DNA from: an uncultured Clostridia bacterium
Lineage (GTDB): Bacteria > Bacillota > Clostridia > Oscillospirales > Oscillospiraceae
Assembly: GCA_945876285.1 (NCBI GenBank)
Contig: CAMCNO010000009.1
Span: 1,875-65,874 of the forward strand
DNA length: 64,000 bases
Direction: 5' to 3'
A program made the translations under genes and the position numbers. Below are positions 1 to 9,254 of this stretch, one piece after another (positions within the stretch are counted from its first letter, which is position 1; every line of letters starts with the position of its first letter). The notes beneath the pieces were generated by a model, which was given only the letters and a program-made list of their open reading frames with translations, made no database searches and was not told the origin of the DNA.

Positions 1-3
1 GTC

Positions 4-90
4 AATTTGGGTGGCACCGCAGAAGTTTTCAGACTTTTGTCCCAAAGGAACCTGTTGGAAATGGGTCCTTGAGGAACAAAGGTCTTTTTT
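4..90 (+). promoter_or_regulatory. 3' part of a T-box riboswitch (T-box motif plus terminator) upstream of trpB2; specifier stem lies outside the window
   Basis: AATTTGGGTGGCACCGC at 4-20 matches the T-box consensus; hairpin AGACTTTTGT...ACAAAGGTCT plus U-run at about 31-90 directly before the RBS. Confidence 0.85.
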
Positions 91-128
91 GTTTCCCTTG
101 ACCCGCAAGTATGAAAGGAGCAATCACC

Positions 129-1517
129 ATGGCAGCCGAAAAGAACAACATTCCCTACAAAATCTATCTCTCTGAGGACGAGATGCCGAAAGCCTGGTAC
201 AACGTCCGGGCGGATATGAAGACCAAGCCCGCTCCCCTGCTGAACCCCGGCACCGGCGCCCCCATGGGCTTCGACGACCTGCGCCCGGTCTTCTGTGATG
301 AACTCATCAAGCAGGAGCTGGACAACGATACCGCCTATATCCCCATTCCCCAGGAGATCCGGGACTTCTACAAGATGTACCGCCCCTCCCCCCTGGTCCG
401 GGCCTACTGCCTGGAGGAAAAGCTCCAGACCCCGGCCAAAATCTACTACAAATTCGAGGGCAACAACACCTCCGGCTCCCACAAGCTGAACAGCGCCATC
501 GCCCAGGCCTACTACGCCAAGCAGCAGGGCCTCAAGGGCGTCACCACCGAGACCGGCGCCGGCCAGTGGGGCACCGCCCTCTCCATGGCCTGCGCCTACC
601 TGGGCCTGGACTGCAAGGTCTACATGGTGAAGGTCAGCTACGAGCAGAAGCCCTTCCGCAGGGAGGTCATGCGGACCTACGGAGCCTCCGTCACCCCCTC
701 TCCCTCCATGGAGACCAACATCGGCAAGGCCATTCTGGCGGAGCATCCCGGCACCACCGGCTCCCTGGGCTGCGCCATCTCCGAGGCCGTGGAGGTCGCT
801 ACTTCCACTCCCGGCTACCGCTACGTGCTGGGCAGCGTCCTGAACCAGGTGCTGCTGCACCAGAGCGTCATCGGCCTGGAGACCAAGGCGGCTCTCGATA
901 AATACGGCGTGGTGCCCGACATCATCATCGGCTGCGCCGGCGGCGGCAGCAACCTGGGCGGCCTGATCTCCCCCTTCATGGGCGAGAAGCTCCGGGGTGA
1001 AAAGGACTACCGCATCATCGCCGTGGAGCCCGCCTCCTGCCCCAGCTTCACCCGGGGCAAGTTTGCCTACGACTTCTGCGACACCGGCAAGGTGTGCCCC
1101 CTGGCGAAGATGTACACCCTGGGCAGCGGCTTCATCCCCTCTCCCAACCACGCCGGCGGCCTGCGCTATCACGGCATGAGCAGCATTTTGAGCCAGCTGT
1201 ACCACGACGGCTACATGGAGGCCACCTCCGTGGAGCAGACCAAGGTCTTTGAAGCCGCCGAGATGTTCGCCCGGGTGGAGGGCATCCTCCCCGCCCCCGA
1301 GTCCAGCCACGCCATCCGCGTCGCCATCGATGAGGCCCTCAAGTGCAAGGAGACCGGCGAGGAAAAGACCATCGTCTTCGGTCTGACAGGCACCGGCTAC
1401 TTCGACATGGTGGCCTACGAGAAGTTCCACAACGGCGAAATGAGCGACTATATCCCCACCGACGAGGAACTGGAAGCCAGCCTCGCAAAGCTCCCCAAGG
1501 TCCCCGGTCAGGATTGA
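129..1517 (+). CDS. trpB2: TrpB-like PLP enzyme (tryptophan synthase beta, type 2)
   Basis: SGSHKLN PLP lysine, TETGAGQWG, GGGSN, HAGGLRYHG, PAPES motifs; long type-2 N-terminus; RBS AAAGGAG at 114-120. Confidence 0.93.
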   Translation: MAAEKNNIPYKIYLSEDEMPKAWYNVRADMKTKPAPLLNPGTGAPMGFDDLRPVFCDELIKQELDNDTAYIPIPQEIRDFYKMYRPSPLVRAYCLEEKLQTPAKIYYKFEGNNTSGSHKLNSAIAQAYYAKQQGLKGVTTETGAGQWGTALSMACAYLGLDCKVYMVKVSYEQKPFRREVMRTYGASVTPSPSMETNIGKAILAEHPGTTGSLGCAISEAVEVATSTPGYRYVLGSVLNQVLLHQSVIGLETKAALDKYGVVPDIIIGCAGGGSNLGGLISPFMGEKLRGEKDYRIIAVEPASCPSFTRGKFAYDFCDTGKVCPLAKMYTLGSGFIPSPNHAGGLRYHGMSSILSQLYHDGYMEATSVEQTKVFEAAEMFARVEGILPAPESSHAIRVAIDEALKCKETGEEKTIVFGLTGTGYFDMVAYEKFHNGEMSDYIPTDEELEASLAKLPKVPGQD

Positions 1518-1520
1518 ATG

Positions 1521-1554
1521 AAAGCCCCCTGCGGCATTGCCGCAGGGGGCTTGT
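1521..1554 (+). terminator. Intrinsic terminator after trpB2
   Basis: AAGCCCCCTGCGGC-ATT-GCCGCAGGGGGCTT perfect stem followed by GTT. Confidence 0.75.
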
Positions 1555-1633
1555 TCCACTCAACGGAGCGTTGCTTGCGCTTTTCCGGGGCCGGGCTTAC
1601 CATGGGAGTATCTACTTTCAGGAAGTGCTTCCC

Positions 1634-2293
1634 ATGACCTTTACCCCCATCGATCCCGCGTCCTGGCCCCGGATGCAAACCTTTTACTATTTCTCTCAAA
1701 TGGCCCCCACCGGCTATTCCTTGACGGTGGAGCTGGACGTCACCGCCCTGCGGCAGACGCTGAAAGGGCGAGGACTGAAATTCTATCCCGCCTACCTGTG
1801 GCTGGTGACGAAAAATCTGAACGCTGACCCGGCCTTCCGGCTGGCAAAGCAGGGGGAGCAGATCGGCGTCTATGACTGCTTAACGCCCCTGTACGCCGTG
1901 TTCCACGAGGATGACAAGTCCTTTTCCATGATGTGGACGGAATTTGACCCGGATTTCCCTGCCTTCTACCAGGCCTATCTGGAAAACCAAGCCCGATGCG
2001 GTGCCAACCACGGCTTCCTGGCACAGCCGGAGACCCCGCCGCCCGCCAACGCCTATACCGTCTCCTGCGTCCCCTGGGTGTCCTTTCAGCACTTTGCCGT
2101 CCACAGCTACGGCCTGAAGGACTACTTCTTCCCCTCAGTGGAGGCGGGCAAGTTCGTGCTCCGGGACGGCAGGTGCTTCCTGCCCCTCTCCCTCACCTGC
2201 CACCACGCCACTACGGACGGCTACCATGTGGCCCAATTCCTGGAGCGGCTGCAGGCAGACATGGACGCTTTCACGCAATTTCTCCCCGCATGA
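1634..2293 (+). CDS. CatA-like (chloramphenicol-type) O-acetyltransferase
   Basis: C-terminal CHHATTDGYHV (HHxxxDGxH), VSCVPW, GKF motifs; about 219 aa; RBS CAGGAAG. Confidence 0.85.
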   Translation: MTFTPIDPASWPRMQTFYYFSQMAPTGYSLTVELDVTALRQTLKGRGLKFYPAYLWLVTKNLNADPAFRLAKQGEQIGVYDCLTPLYAVFHEDDKSFSMMWTEFDPDFPAFYQAYLENQARCGANHGFLAQPETPPPANAYTVSCVPWVSFQHFAVHSYGLKDYFFPSVEAGKFVLRDGRCFLPLSLTCHHATTDGYHVAQFLERLQADMDAFTQFLPA

Positions 2294-2330
2294 AAAAAGG
2301 CCTGGCTTCCACGGAAGTCAGGTCTTTCTT
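2294..2330. terminator. Bidirectional terminator between convergent genes
   Basis: AAAAAAGGCCTGGCTTCC-AC-GGAAGTCAGGTCTTTCTT. Confidence 0.7.
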
Positions 2331-2339
2331 GCACGCATA

Positions 2340-3512
2340 TCACGCCTCTGCGGCTTTCTTCTTTCCCAAGCGCAGCCTGCCGCCGCGCTTTTTTTCCGTC
2401 TCCTCCTGGATGCCCTCCAGCACCATCCGCAGGTTGCTCTTGAACAGGATGGCCAGAAACTCCCACAATCCGTCCCGGGTCTCCTTGTCCAGATCCTTCA
2501 TAGCCTTCACCATGGCGCCCACTGCCTTGAAGCTGTCGTCCTTCAGATCCGTCAGCGTCACGGCGCCGGAGGCGGACAGCACGTCGAACAGGGCGCCCAC
2601 AAAGGTCTCCCGCTGCTCCACCGACAGCCCGTGGACCCACTTGCGCAGCTCCTGGTCGCTGAAATGGGCCTGCTGGGTCACCTGCCGCAGGGTGACGAAG
2701 TGGTCCCCCACCACCTGCCAGGAAAAACCGTCGTGCTGCAGGAAGCCCAGCTGGTCGCTGTCCACCACGGAGTAATCCTCCTCGTGTTCCAGCAGCATCC
2801 CCACCACGGAGGACTTGGGCACGATGGAGTAAATGCGCTCCGCGATGCGCTGATGCTCCGGCAAGTCCAGCAGGTCCGTGTGGAAGCCAGGGCCGTCGTT
2901 GGACCAGACGGCGATGATGCGCTTCTGGACGCTCTCCGGGCAGAATACCCCGGCGTACACCGCAAGATTGCCGCCCTTGGAGTGGCCGCCCAGCCGCAGC
3001 TTCTTACGGGGGAACTGCTTCGCCACGGCCCAGGTGTAGGCCACCGCCTTTTTCTGGGCGGGGACCTCCGGCATACAGGCCAGCTCGAAGTCCTCTTTCC
3101 ACCCCGCCAGGGTGTCGTCGGTGCCCCGGAAGGAGAGATACAGCGTCTTGTCCCCGGTCTCGATGGCGAGGGCCGCGAACTGCTCTCCCTTTCCCACGTC
3201 CAGATGGTCTATGAAGCAGTTCAGCTTCATGTCCCCGAACCGCCGGGAGGCCGCCATCTTCCGCAGCATCTCCGGGATGGCGGCAGGCACCAGCACGCCC
3301 ATGTCGATCTTCTCGCCCTCCGGGAACCGGGCGAAGAACCGCTCCGCCGCGTCTCGCAGCACCACGCTCTCCCCCTCGCCGGGTCCGGGGACGATATCCT
3401 TGAAATCCACAAAGGACAGCTCCGCCAAAATCAAATTGTCTACCTCATTGAAAGGAGACTGCTCCAACGTCAGATCCCCCCGCCAGTCCAGATATTCCAA
3501 CAGATTTGCCAT
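2340..3512 (-). CDS. DUF2974 (Mbeg1-like) alpha/beta hydrolase-fold protein
   Basis: MANLLEYLDWRGDL start, FRGTDDTLAGWKEDF, GHSKGG nucleophile elbow, DGPGF. Confidence 0.85.
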   Translation of the reverse strand: MANLLEYLDWRGDLTLEQSPFNEVDNLILAELSFVDFKDIVPGPGEGESVVLRDAAERFFARFPEGEKIDMGVLVPAAIPEMLRKMAASRRFGDMKLNCFIDHLDVGKGEQFAALAIETGDKTLYLSFRGTDDTLAGWKEDFELACMPEVPAQKKAVAYTWAVAKQFPRKKLRLGGHSKGGNLAVYAGVFCPESVQKRIIAVWSNDGPGFHTDLLDLPEHQRIAERIYSIVPKSSVVGMLLEHEEDYSVVDSDQLGFLQHDGFSWQVVGDHFVTLRQVTQQAHFSDQELRKWVHGLSVEQRETFVGALFDVLSASGAVTLTDLKDDSFKAVGAMVKAMKDLDKETRDGLWEFLAILFKSNLRMVLEGIQEETEKKRGGRLRLGKKKAAEA

Positions 3513-3662
3513 GTGGTTGTCCTCCTTCTATCATGCGTTATCATTTCGCGGCTATTATACCCATATTTTTTTCACTTCACAAGAGCACCGAGCGGAAATT
3601 CACAGTCATTTTACAAGCGTCCGCCGCATAGGATGTCCCATCACGACAGAGAGGTGGACGAC

Positions 3663-4268
3663 ATGACGACTCTGACAAAAAACGACGTACTGCTGGAGGG
3701 CACGCCCCTGGCCGTACCGGAATGGTCCCACGAAAACCACGGCACCCAGTTTTACCGCCTGCTGCTGGAGGTACCCCGCCTGTCCGGCACGCCGGACACC
3801 CTGCCCCTCCTGCTGCCAAAAACCCTGGCGGCCCGGGTCAGGGAGGGGGAGCCCCTCCGGGCCCACGGCCAGCTCCGCTCCTTCAACAACCGCAGCGGCG
3901 TGGGGAACAAGCTGGTGCTGACCGTCTACGCCCAGGACATCCAGCCGGGCACAGGCGGCCCCTGCAATCAAATCACCCTGTCCGGCTCCCTGTGCAAGCC
4001 CCCCATCTTCCGCCGGACGCCCCTGGGCCGCAGCATCTGCGACCTGATGCTGGCGGTGCCCCGGCGCTACGGCCGGGCGGACTACCTGCCGGTCATCTCC
4101 TGGGGTCAGCTGGCGGTGCGCACCAGCCAGCTTCAGGTGGGGGACGGTCTCAGCCTGGAGGGCCGGGTGCAAAGCCGTACATACCACAAGGTCTTAGGCG
4201 ACGGCTCCACCCAGGAGCGGGTGGCTTACGAGGTGTCCATGATGCACCTGCTGTCCCCCGAGCCATAG
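3663..4268 (+). CDS. Single-stranded DNA-binding protein, tandem two-OB-fold clostridial type
   Basis: Two SSB-like repeats (GQLRSFN; RRTPLGRSICDLMLAV..YLPVISWG..EGRVQSRTY); RBS GAGGTG. Confidence 0.8.
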   Translation: MTTLTKNDVLLEGTPLAVPEWSHENHGTQFYRLLLEVPRLSGTPDTLPLLLPKTLAARVREGEPLRAHGQLRSFNNRSGVGNKLVLTVYAQDIQPGTGGPCNQITLSGSLCKPPIFRRTPLGRSICDLMLAVPRRYGRADYLPVISWGQLAVRTSQLQVGDGLSLEGRVQSRTYHKVLGDGSTQERVAYEVSMMHLLSPEP

Positions 4269-4396
4269 GCGCTGTCTCCGGGAGCCTGCCGAAGCAGGCT
4301 CCCGTCTTTGTTCCTGATTTGTAATCATTTGTTCCAAAAATGTAGAGACTTTTCTCTTTTTTGTGGTATATTGAGGGCAGAAAGGAGTGCTGTCCT

Positions 4397-5326
4397 ATGA
4401 AATGGCCCCGCCTGGCCGCGCCATTGCTGGCCCTCATGCTGCTGGCAGGCTGCGGCAAAGCCCCGGAAACACCCGCCCCGGCTCCCGCGCCGGAGCCCCA
4501 GCCGGAACAGTTCGTCTTCACCCGGGAAAACTTCCCCCGTCTCAACGGCTCCACCTCCACGGTGCCCCTGGGTCAGGCCATCGCCAGCGTCCTGCTGGGC
4601 GAGAGCCGGGAGGAGGTCAGCGACCTCATCCAGTTCTCCAAGACCACCCAGTCCTACCGGGAGCTGATGCGGGGCGGCGCCGACCTGCTCATCGCCGCCG
4701 AGCCTGCGGAGATCATCTGGCAGGAGAAAGCGGAGCAGAACTTTGACTGGAACATGGAGCCCTTTGCCGTGGACGCGTTGGTGTTCGTGGTGAACGCGGA
4801 CAACCCGGTGGATTCCCTCACCACAGAGCAGGTGCAAAAAATCTACACCGGCGAGATCACCAACTGGTCGGAGGTGGGCGGCGACGATCTTCCCATCGTC
4901 CCCTTCCAGCGCAACGCCGAGGCCGGCAGCCAGACCGCCATGCTGAAGCTGGTAATGAAGGGCCTGCCCATGATGGACGCTCCCGCGGACTATGTCCGGG
5001 GCGAGATGGGTGACCTCATCGAAGCCGTGGCCGCCTACGACGGCACGCACGCCGCCATCGGCTACACGGTCTACTACTACGCCAACGACATGAAAATGGC
5101 TGACGGCCTGAAGATCCTCGCCATCGACGGGGTGGAACCCTGCGCCGACACCATCCGCAGCGGCGCGTATCCGTTTTTGAACAACTACTACGTCCTCACC
5201 GCCGCTGATCTCCCGGAGGACGCCCCCGCCAAGATCCTGTATGACTGGATTTTGAGCGAGGAGGGCCAAAAATTAGTGGCCCACGAGGGCTATGTCTCCG
5301 TGCTGGATGTGGGGGATGACACATGA
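4397..5326 (+). CDS. PstS-like phosphate/anion-binding lipoprotein
   Basis: Lipobox LLAGC, NGSTST, AVDALVFVVN..NPVDSLT, IYTGEITNWSEVGG, QRNAEAGSQT. Confidence 0.8.
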   Translation: MKWPRLAAPLLALMLLAGCGKAPETPAPAPAPEPQPEQFVFTRENFPRLNGSTSTVPLGQAIASVLLGESREEVSDLIQFSKTTQSYRELMRGGADLLIAAEPAEIIWQEKAEQNFDWNMEPFAVDALVFVVNADNPVDSLTTEQVQKIYTGEITNWSEVGGDDLPIVPFQRNAEAGSQTAMLKLVMKGLPMMDAPADYVRGEMGDLIEAVAAYDGTHAAIGYTVYYYANDMKMADGLKILAIDGVEPCADTIRSGAYPFLNNYYVLTAADLPEDAPAKILYDWILSEEGQKLVAHEGYVSVLDVGDDT

Positions 5327-6447
5327 AACGGCTGACGATTGCCCTGCTGGCGCTGATCCTGCTGGCGGGCTGCGCGTCTCCCGCCCCGGAACCCACCCCG
5401 GAGCCGGAGCCTGTCTCCCCGGTCTACACCGACTGGTCCAAGCTGACGCCCTATGAGCCGGTGAAAGAGCAGTACGCTTACGCCGATTCCTACCGGGACG
5501 ACGGCGCGCTCCAGCCCAGCGGCGACTATGGGCCGCTGCTGCCCTATATCGGCAGTTATCTGGAGACACAAAGCTACATGGGCCCCCTCACCACCCTGGG
5601 CCTGGTCACCGCCGACGGGCGGCTGGTGACGCCGCCGGTCTACGCGGAAATTCAGCGGGTGAAGGATTGGCAAACACAAACCTACGCCCCCTTCCTGCTG
5701 CTGTACCGGGGCGAGGTCACGGGCCGGTATGAGAACGAATGGGGCAGTTGGGCAGAGGGCGATTTCAATTTGACCGTGGCCGCCCCGGACGGAAGCTGGG
5801 TCCGGGAGCTGCCGCCCTGCTACGGCGGCGGCTGTCTCCTCAGCGGCGACCGGTTAGCGTTGGCGCTGACGGACGGCTCCGTCCTCATTCTGAATGTTGA
5901 CGGAAGCACCGCCATGTCCTTCCCTGCCTCGGCTCTGGAGCCGTATCTGGGCGAGGGCTTCACCTGGCAATGGGACGGCGGTCCCAGCCTGGACTGGGTG
6001 AACGATGTGGGTCGGGTCTGGAAATATGACGAAAACGCCCCCAACGGAAACGGCACCGCCTGCTGGCTGGATCCGGACACCGGAGCTGTCACGGCAGACC
6101 CGCCGCCGGGGTATGTGGAGCCGGAATATGAGTACCAGGAAGGCCCGGAGCTGGCCTTTCCGGGGTACAACGACTGGACCACCCTCACCGACCCCATCAC
6201 CGGAAAGCTGTACTGCCATGGTACCCGGACAGACGGCAGTGACATCCGGGACCTGCTGGATGAACAGGGGCAGATCATTCTGGAAGATTGTACGCTGCCC
6301 TACTGGGTCATGGGCGTTGAACACGGCTGGCAAAGTCCCTGGGTCTGGGCCGACCGCATCGCCTGCTCCGAGGACGGTATGTTCTGTTACTATGACCTGG
6401 ACGGAAGCTGCGTGTTCCGCCGAACCATTCAAACGAATCTGGACTGA
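5323..6447 (+). CDS. Hypothetical acidic lipoprotein
   Basis: Lipobox LLAGC, Pro/Glu linker; ATGA overlap with upstream gene. Confidence 0.7.
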   Translation: MKRLTIALLALILLAGCASPAPEPTPEPEPVSPVYTDWSKLTPYEPVKEQYAYADSYRDDGALQPSGDYGPLLPYIGSYLETQSYMGPLTTLGLVTADGRLVTPPVYAEIQRVKDWQTQTYAPFLLLYRGEVTGRYENEWGSWAEGDFNLTVAAPDGSWVRELPPCYGGGCLLSGDRLALALTDGSVLILNVDGSTAMSFPASALEPYLGEGFTWQWDGGPSLDWVNDVGRVWKYDENAPNGNGTACWLDPDTGAVTADPPPGYVEPEYEYQEGPELAFPGYNDWTTLTDPITGKLYCHGTRTDGSDIRDLLDEQGQIILEDCTLPYWVMGVEHGWQSPWVWADRIACSEDGMFCYYDLDGSCVFRRTIQTNLD

Positions 6448-6486
6448 AAAACAGTGCCGTGGGCAGCCGCCCACGGCACTGTTTTA
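6447..6486. terminator. Bidirectional terminator
   Basis: AAAAACAGTGCCGTGGGC-AGCC-GCCCACGGCACTGTTTT. Confidence 0.8.
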
Positions 6487-7002
6487 TTTCGTCGGGAATC
6501 CAAAATGATCCCGCATACTGAACAAAAACTCCAGAAAGCCATCGGGGTAGGGGATGAACTCCCCGCTGTCCACCATAGCCAGCAGCTCCTCCAGCGTCAC
6601 CCAGCGGACGGCGCTGACCTCCTCCTTCTGGAGCGCCAGCTTTGTCTCGTCCAAATCCAGGTTCACGATAAAGAAATCGTCAAAACCCTCCGGGAAATTC
6701 ACGGTCACGGAGGGCCGCAGGCCCGTCAGGTCCAGGGGATACCCCAGCTCCTCCCGGAACTCCCGCTCCGCGCCCTGGCGGCTGGTCTCCCCGGCGTCCA
6801 CGCCGCCGCCCACGGTCACATCCCACAAGCCGGGCCAAATGCGTTTTTCCAACGTCCGCTTCTGGATGAGTAAGCGGCCCCGGCTGTCGAACACGCAGAC
6901 GTGGACCACGATGCGGTGCTCGCCTATCCCCTTGGGGGCATGGCGCTCCGCCGTCCGGCCCAGAGGGATACGGTTTTCGTCATATAAATCCACCAATTCC
7001 AT
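6484..7002 (-). CDS. NUDIX hydrolase (IDI-like)
   Basis: Nudix box GGVDAGETSRQGAEREFREELG; WPGLWD. Confidence 0.88.
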   Translation of the reverse strand: MELVDLYDENRIPLGRTAERHAPKGIGEHRIVVHVCVFDSRGRLLIQKRTLEKRIWPGLWDVTVGGGVDAGETSRQGAEREFREELGYPLDLTGLRPSVTVNFPEGFDDFFIVNLDLDETKLALQKEEVSAVRWVTLEELLAMVDSGEFIPYPDGFLEFLFSMRDHFGFPTK

Positions 7003-7014
7003 ACTGCTCTCTCC

Positions 7015-7182
7015 TCACTGCCGCCGTGCAGTCTGGTAATCGTCGCCCCGGCGGTAAAAGGGGCAGGCGTTGTTGGCGCTGCGCAGAAAGCGCTCCATTT
7101 CATCCTCATCCAAATCCATGGTGCAGTAATATGCGTCGATCTCGTCGTCGTAGTCGTAGTGGACACATTCCTCGCAATTCAT
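7015..7182 (-). CDS. Small Cys/acid-rich protein (DUF6472-like), 55 aa, not in the ORF track
   Basis: Manual translation MNCEECVHYDYDDEIDAYYCTMDLDEDEMERFLRSANNACPFYRRGDDYQTARRQ; RBS AAGGGG; fills the operon gap. Confidence 0.75.
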   Translation of the reverse strand: MNCEECVHYDYDDEIDAYYCTMDLDEDEMERFLRSANNACPFYRRGDDYQTARRQ

Positions 7183-7197
7183 ACCATCATCCCCTTC

Positions 7198-7434
7198 TCA
7201 CAGGATGATAGCATAAATGCCGTCGATCATCAAGTGCCGCGCCATCACCAGTTCCTCCAATGCCTCTCGTGCGTCAGGCGGCGCCGCCCAGCACATCCCG
7301 CACCCGGCGGTGATGCTCCGGGGCACGGGGATGAGCCGTCCCGGCAGGCCTGTTTCCTTGCAGGAGCGCTCCATCGCCATGGCTCCGGCGGTGGTGCGGA
7401 AGGTCACCACGCACTTCTCGCTTTTTTCCCGCAT
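7198..7434 (-). CDS. DUF3343 family putative Se/S carrier-like protein
   Basis: VVTFRTT..AMAME, GRLIPVPRSITAGCG; context with yedF and desulfurase; RBS GGAGG. Confidence 0.8.
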   Translation of the reverse strand: MREKSEKCVVTFRTTAGAMAMERSCKETGLPGRLIPVPRSITAGCGMCWAAPPDAREALEELVMARHLMIDGIYAIIL

Positions 7435-7435
7435 C

Positions 7436-8572
7436 TCATTCCTCCGCCAGAATGCGTACGGCCTCCGCCGCCGCGTCAGTCTCTTCCTCCGTATTGAAAT
7501 ACGACCAGGAAAACCGGACGGCCCCCTGGTCCTCGGTGCCCAACGCCCGGTGGAGCCGGGGCGCGCAATGGGCGCCGGGCCGGGTGGCGATGCCGAACCG
7601 CTCCGCCAGTTCATCGGACACCTCGCCGGAGTCCGCATCGGCGATGTTCAATGTCACCACAGGCGCCCGCTCCGCCTTGCTGTGGTCGCCGTACACCGTG
7701 ACGCCGGGAATATCCCGCACCTGCTCATAGAACCGCCGGGCCAACGCCGTCTCATGGGCCCGGATGTTGTCCAGACCGGTCTCCAGCAAGAAATCCACCG
7801 CCGCGGACAATCCCGCGAGGCCGTGGCTGTTCAGCGTCCCGGCCTCCAGCCGGGTGGGATACTCCTCCGGCTGGGCGGCGAGAAAACTCTGGACCCCGGT
7901 GCCGCCCACGGCGAAGGGCCGGATGTCCACGCCCTCCCGGACGCACAGTCCCCCGGTGCCCTGGGGCCCCAGCAGGCTCTTGTGTCCGGTGAAGCACACC
8001 ACGTCGATGTGCTGGCGCTCCATGTCGATGGGGAACACGCCCGCCGTCTGGGAAGCGTCCAGAATGAACAGCAGGCCGTGGGCATGGCAAAACGCCCCCA
8101 CCCGCCCGATGTCCACCAAGTCCCCCGTCAGGTTGGAGGCGTGGGTGCAGACCACGGCCCGGGTGTTGGGCCGCAGCAGCCGTTCAAAGTCATCATAATC
8201 GATTTGGCCCCGGCTGTCGGCGGCCGCAAAGTCCAGCCCCATCCCCTGCCGCTCCAGGCGGTACAGGGGCCGCAGCACAGAGTTGTGCTCCAGGTCGGTG
8301 GAGATCACATGGTCCTCCGGTTCCAGCAGGCCTGAAATGGCGATGTTCAGCGCCATGGTGGAGTTGGGCGTGAAGCACACATGGTCGGGCCGCTGACAGC
8401 CGAACAGCCCCGCCAGCTTCTCCCGGAGGCCGTACACCGTCCGGGCCGCTGCCAGAGCCTCCGGGTGGACGCCCCGACCGCAGTTGCCCCAGCCGTCCAT
8501 AGCCGCCGTGACGGCCTCCGCCACACCGGGGGGCTTGGGCCGGGTGGTAGCGGCGTTGTCCAGATAAATCAA
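7436..8572 (-). CDS. Class V PLP aminotransferase, cysteine desulfurase/selenocysteine lyase family
   Basis: IYLDNAATT, EHNSV, FTGHKSLLGPQG, RPGAHCA catalytic Cys; TTG start overlaps yedF stop. Confidence 0.88.
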   Translation of the reverse strand: MIYLDNAATTRPKPPGVAEAVTAAMDGWGNCGRGVHPEALAAARTVYGLREKLAGLFGCQRPDHVCFTPNSTMALNIAISGLLEPEDHVISTDLEHNSVLRPLYRLERQGMGLDFAAADSRGQIDYDDFERLLRPNTRAVVCTHASNLTGDLVDIGRVGAFCHAHGLLFILDASQTAGVFPIDMERQHIDVVCFTGHKSLLGPQGTGGLCVREGVDIRPFAVGGTGVQSFLAAQPEEYPTRLEAGTLNSHGLAGLSAAVDFLLETGLDNIRAHETALARRFYEQVRDIPGVTVYGDHSKAERAPVVTLNIADADSGEVSDELAERFGIATRPGAHCAPRLHRALGTEDQGAVRFSWSYFNTEEETDAAAEAVRILAEE

Positions 8573-9180
8573 GGCTTGACCACCTTCCAGGCGCCCGCCA
8601 GCTTCTCTACAATCGTATACATATTCGTCACGGACCCCACCGCCAGTTTTTCCGTCAGGCCGTAATAGTTCAGGCAGGTGCCGCAGGTCAGGACTTCCAC
8701 GCCCTGCTCCTCCAGCTTTTTCAGATCCTCCAGGGAATCAGAGCCTTCGCAGGTCAGCTTCGCGCCGCCGTTATAGAACAGCATGGTCTTAGGCGGCACG
8801 GGAAGCTGCCCCACAGCAAAGAGAAAGCCCTTCATCAGCGTCTTTCCCAGCTCCTCGCTGCCCCGCCCCATGACGTCGGTGTCCACCGCCACCACGAAAT
8901 CCCCGGCTGCGGGAACGGTGCAGGTCATCTCCGGCTCCTGGATGGGCGCGTCCCCCACCGGGGCCGTGACCTCCATTCTCACAGCGAATTCCTTTTCGCC
9001 CCGTTTTTCGGTCACGGCGGTGAGATGGTTCCCCGCCGCCATCCGCAGCAGGTTCTGCACGGCGGTCTCGTTATCCACCAGTACCTCCAGCGTCCCCGGC
9101 TCGGTCATCTCCCGCAGGGCGCGGGTGGCTTTCACCACAGGAATAGGGCACTGTTCTCCCAAAGCGTTCACAACAGTCAT
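8569..9180 (-). CDS. yedF: Sulfurtransferase-like selenium metabolism protein YedF (TusA + DsrE-like)
   Basis: TusA motif GEQCPIPVV; MGRGSEELGKTLMKGF; CGTCLNYY; VGSVTNMY. Confidence 0.85.
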   Translation of the reverse strand: MTVVNALGEQCPIPVVKATRALREMTEPGTLEVLVDNETAVQNLLRMAAGNHLTAVTEKRGEKEFAVRMEVTAPVGDAPIQEPEMTCTVPAAGDFVVAVDTDVMGRGSEELGKTLMKGFLFAVGQLPVPPKTMLFYNGGAKLTCEGSDSLEDLKKLEEQGVEVLTCGTCLNYYGLTEKLAVGSVTNMYTIVEKLAGAWKVVKP

Positions 9181-9217
9181 GGGCTCATCCTCTTTCCCCG
9201 CCGAAGCGGTTTTTTTC

Positions 9218-9254
9218 ATTGTACCGCCTGCCGCCATGAATAGCAAGGGGCTAT
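9218..9254 (-). promoter_or_regulatory. Putative sigma-A promoter of the yedF operon with a LysR-type palindrome over the -35
   Basis: Minus strand TTGCTA(9246-9241)-17-TACAAT(9223-9218); ATAGC-N5-GCTAT at 9240-9254 (T-N11-A). Confidence 0.5.

Noticed and set aside
7015-9180. Selenocysteine (UGA) recoding in the Se-related cluster
   Set aside because: Catalytic positions are ordinary Cys codons; TGA stops fall at expected protein ends and abut the next gene.
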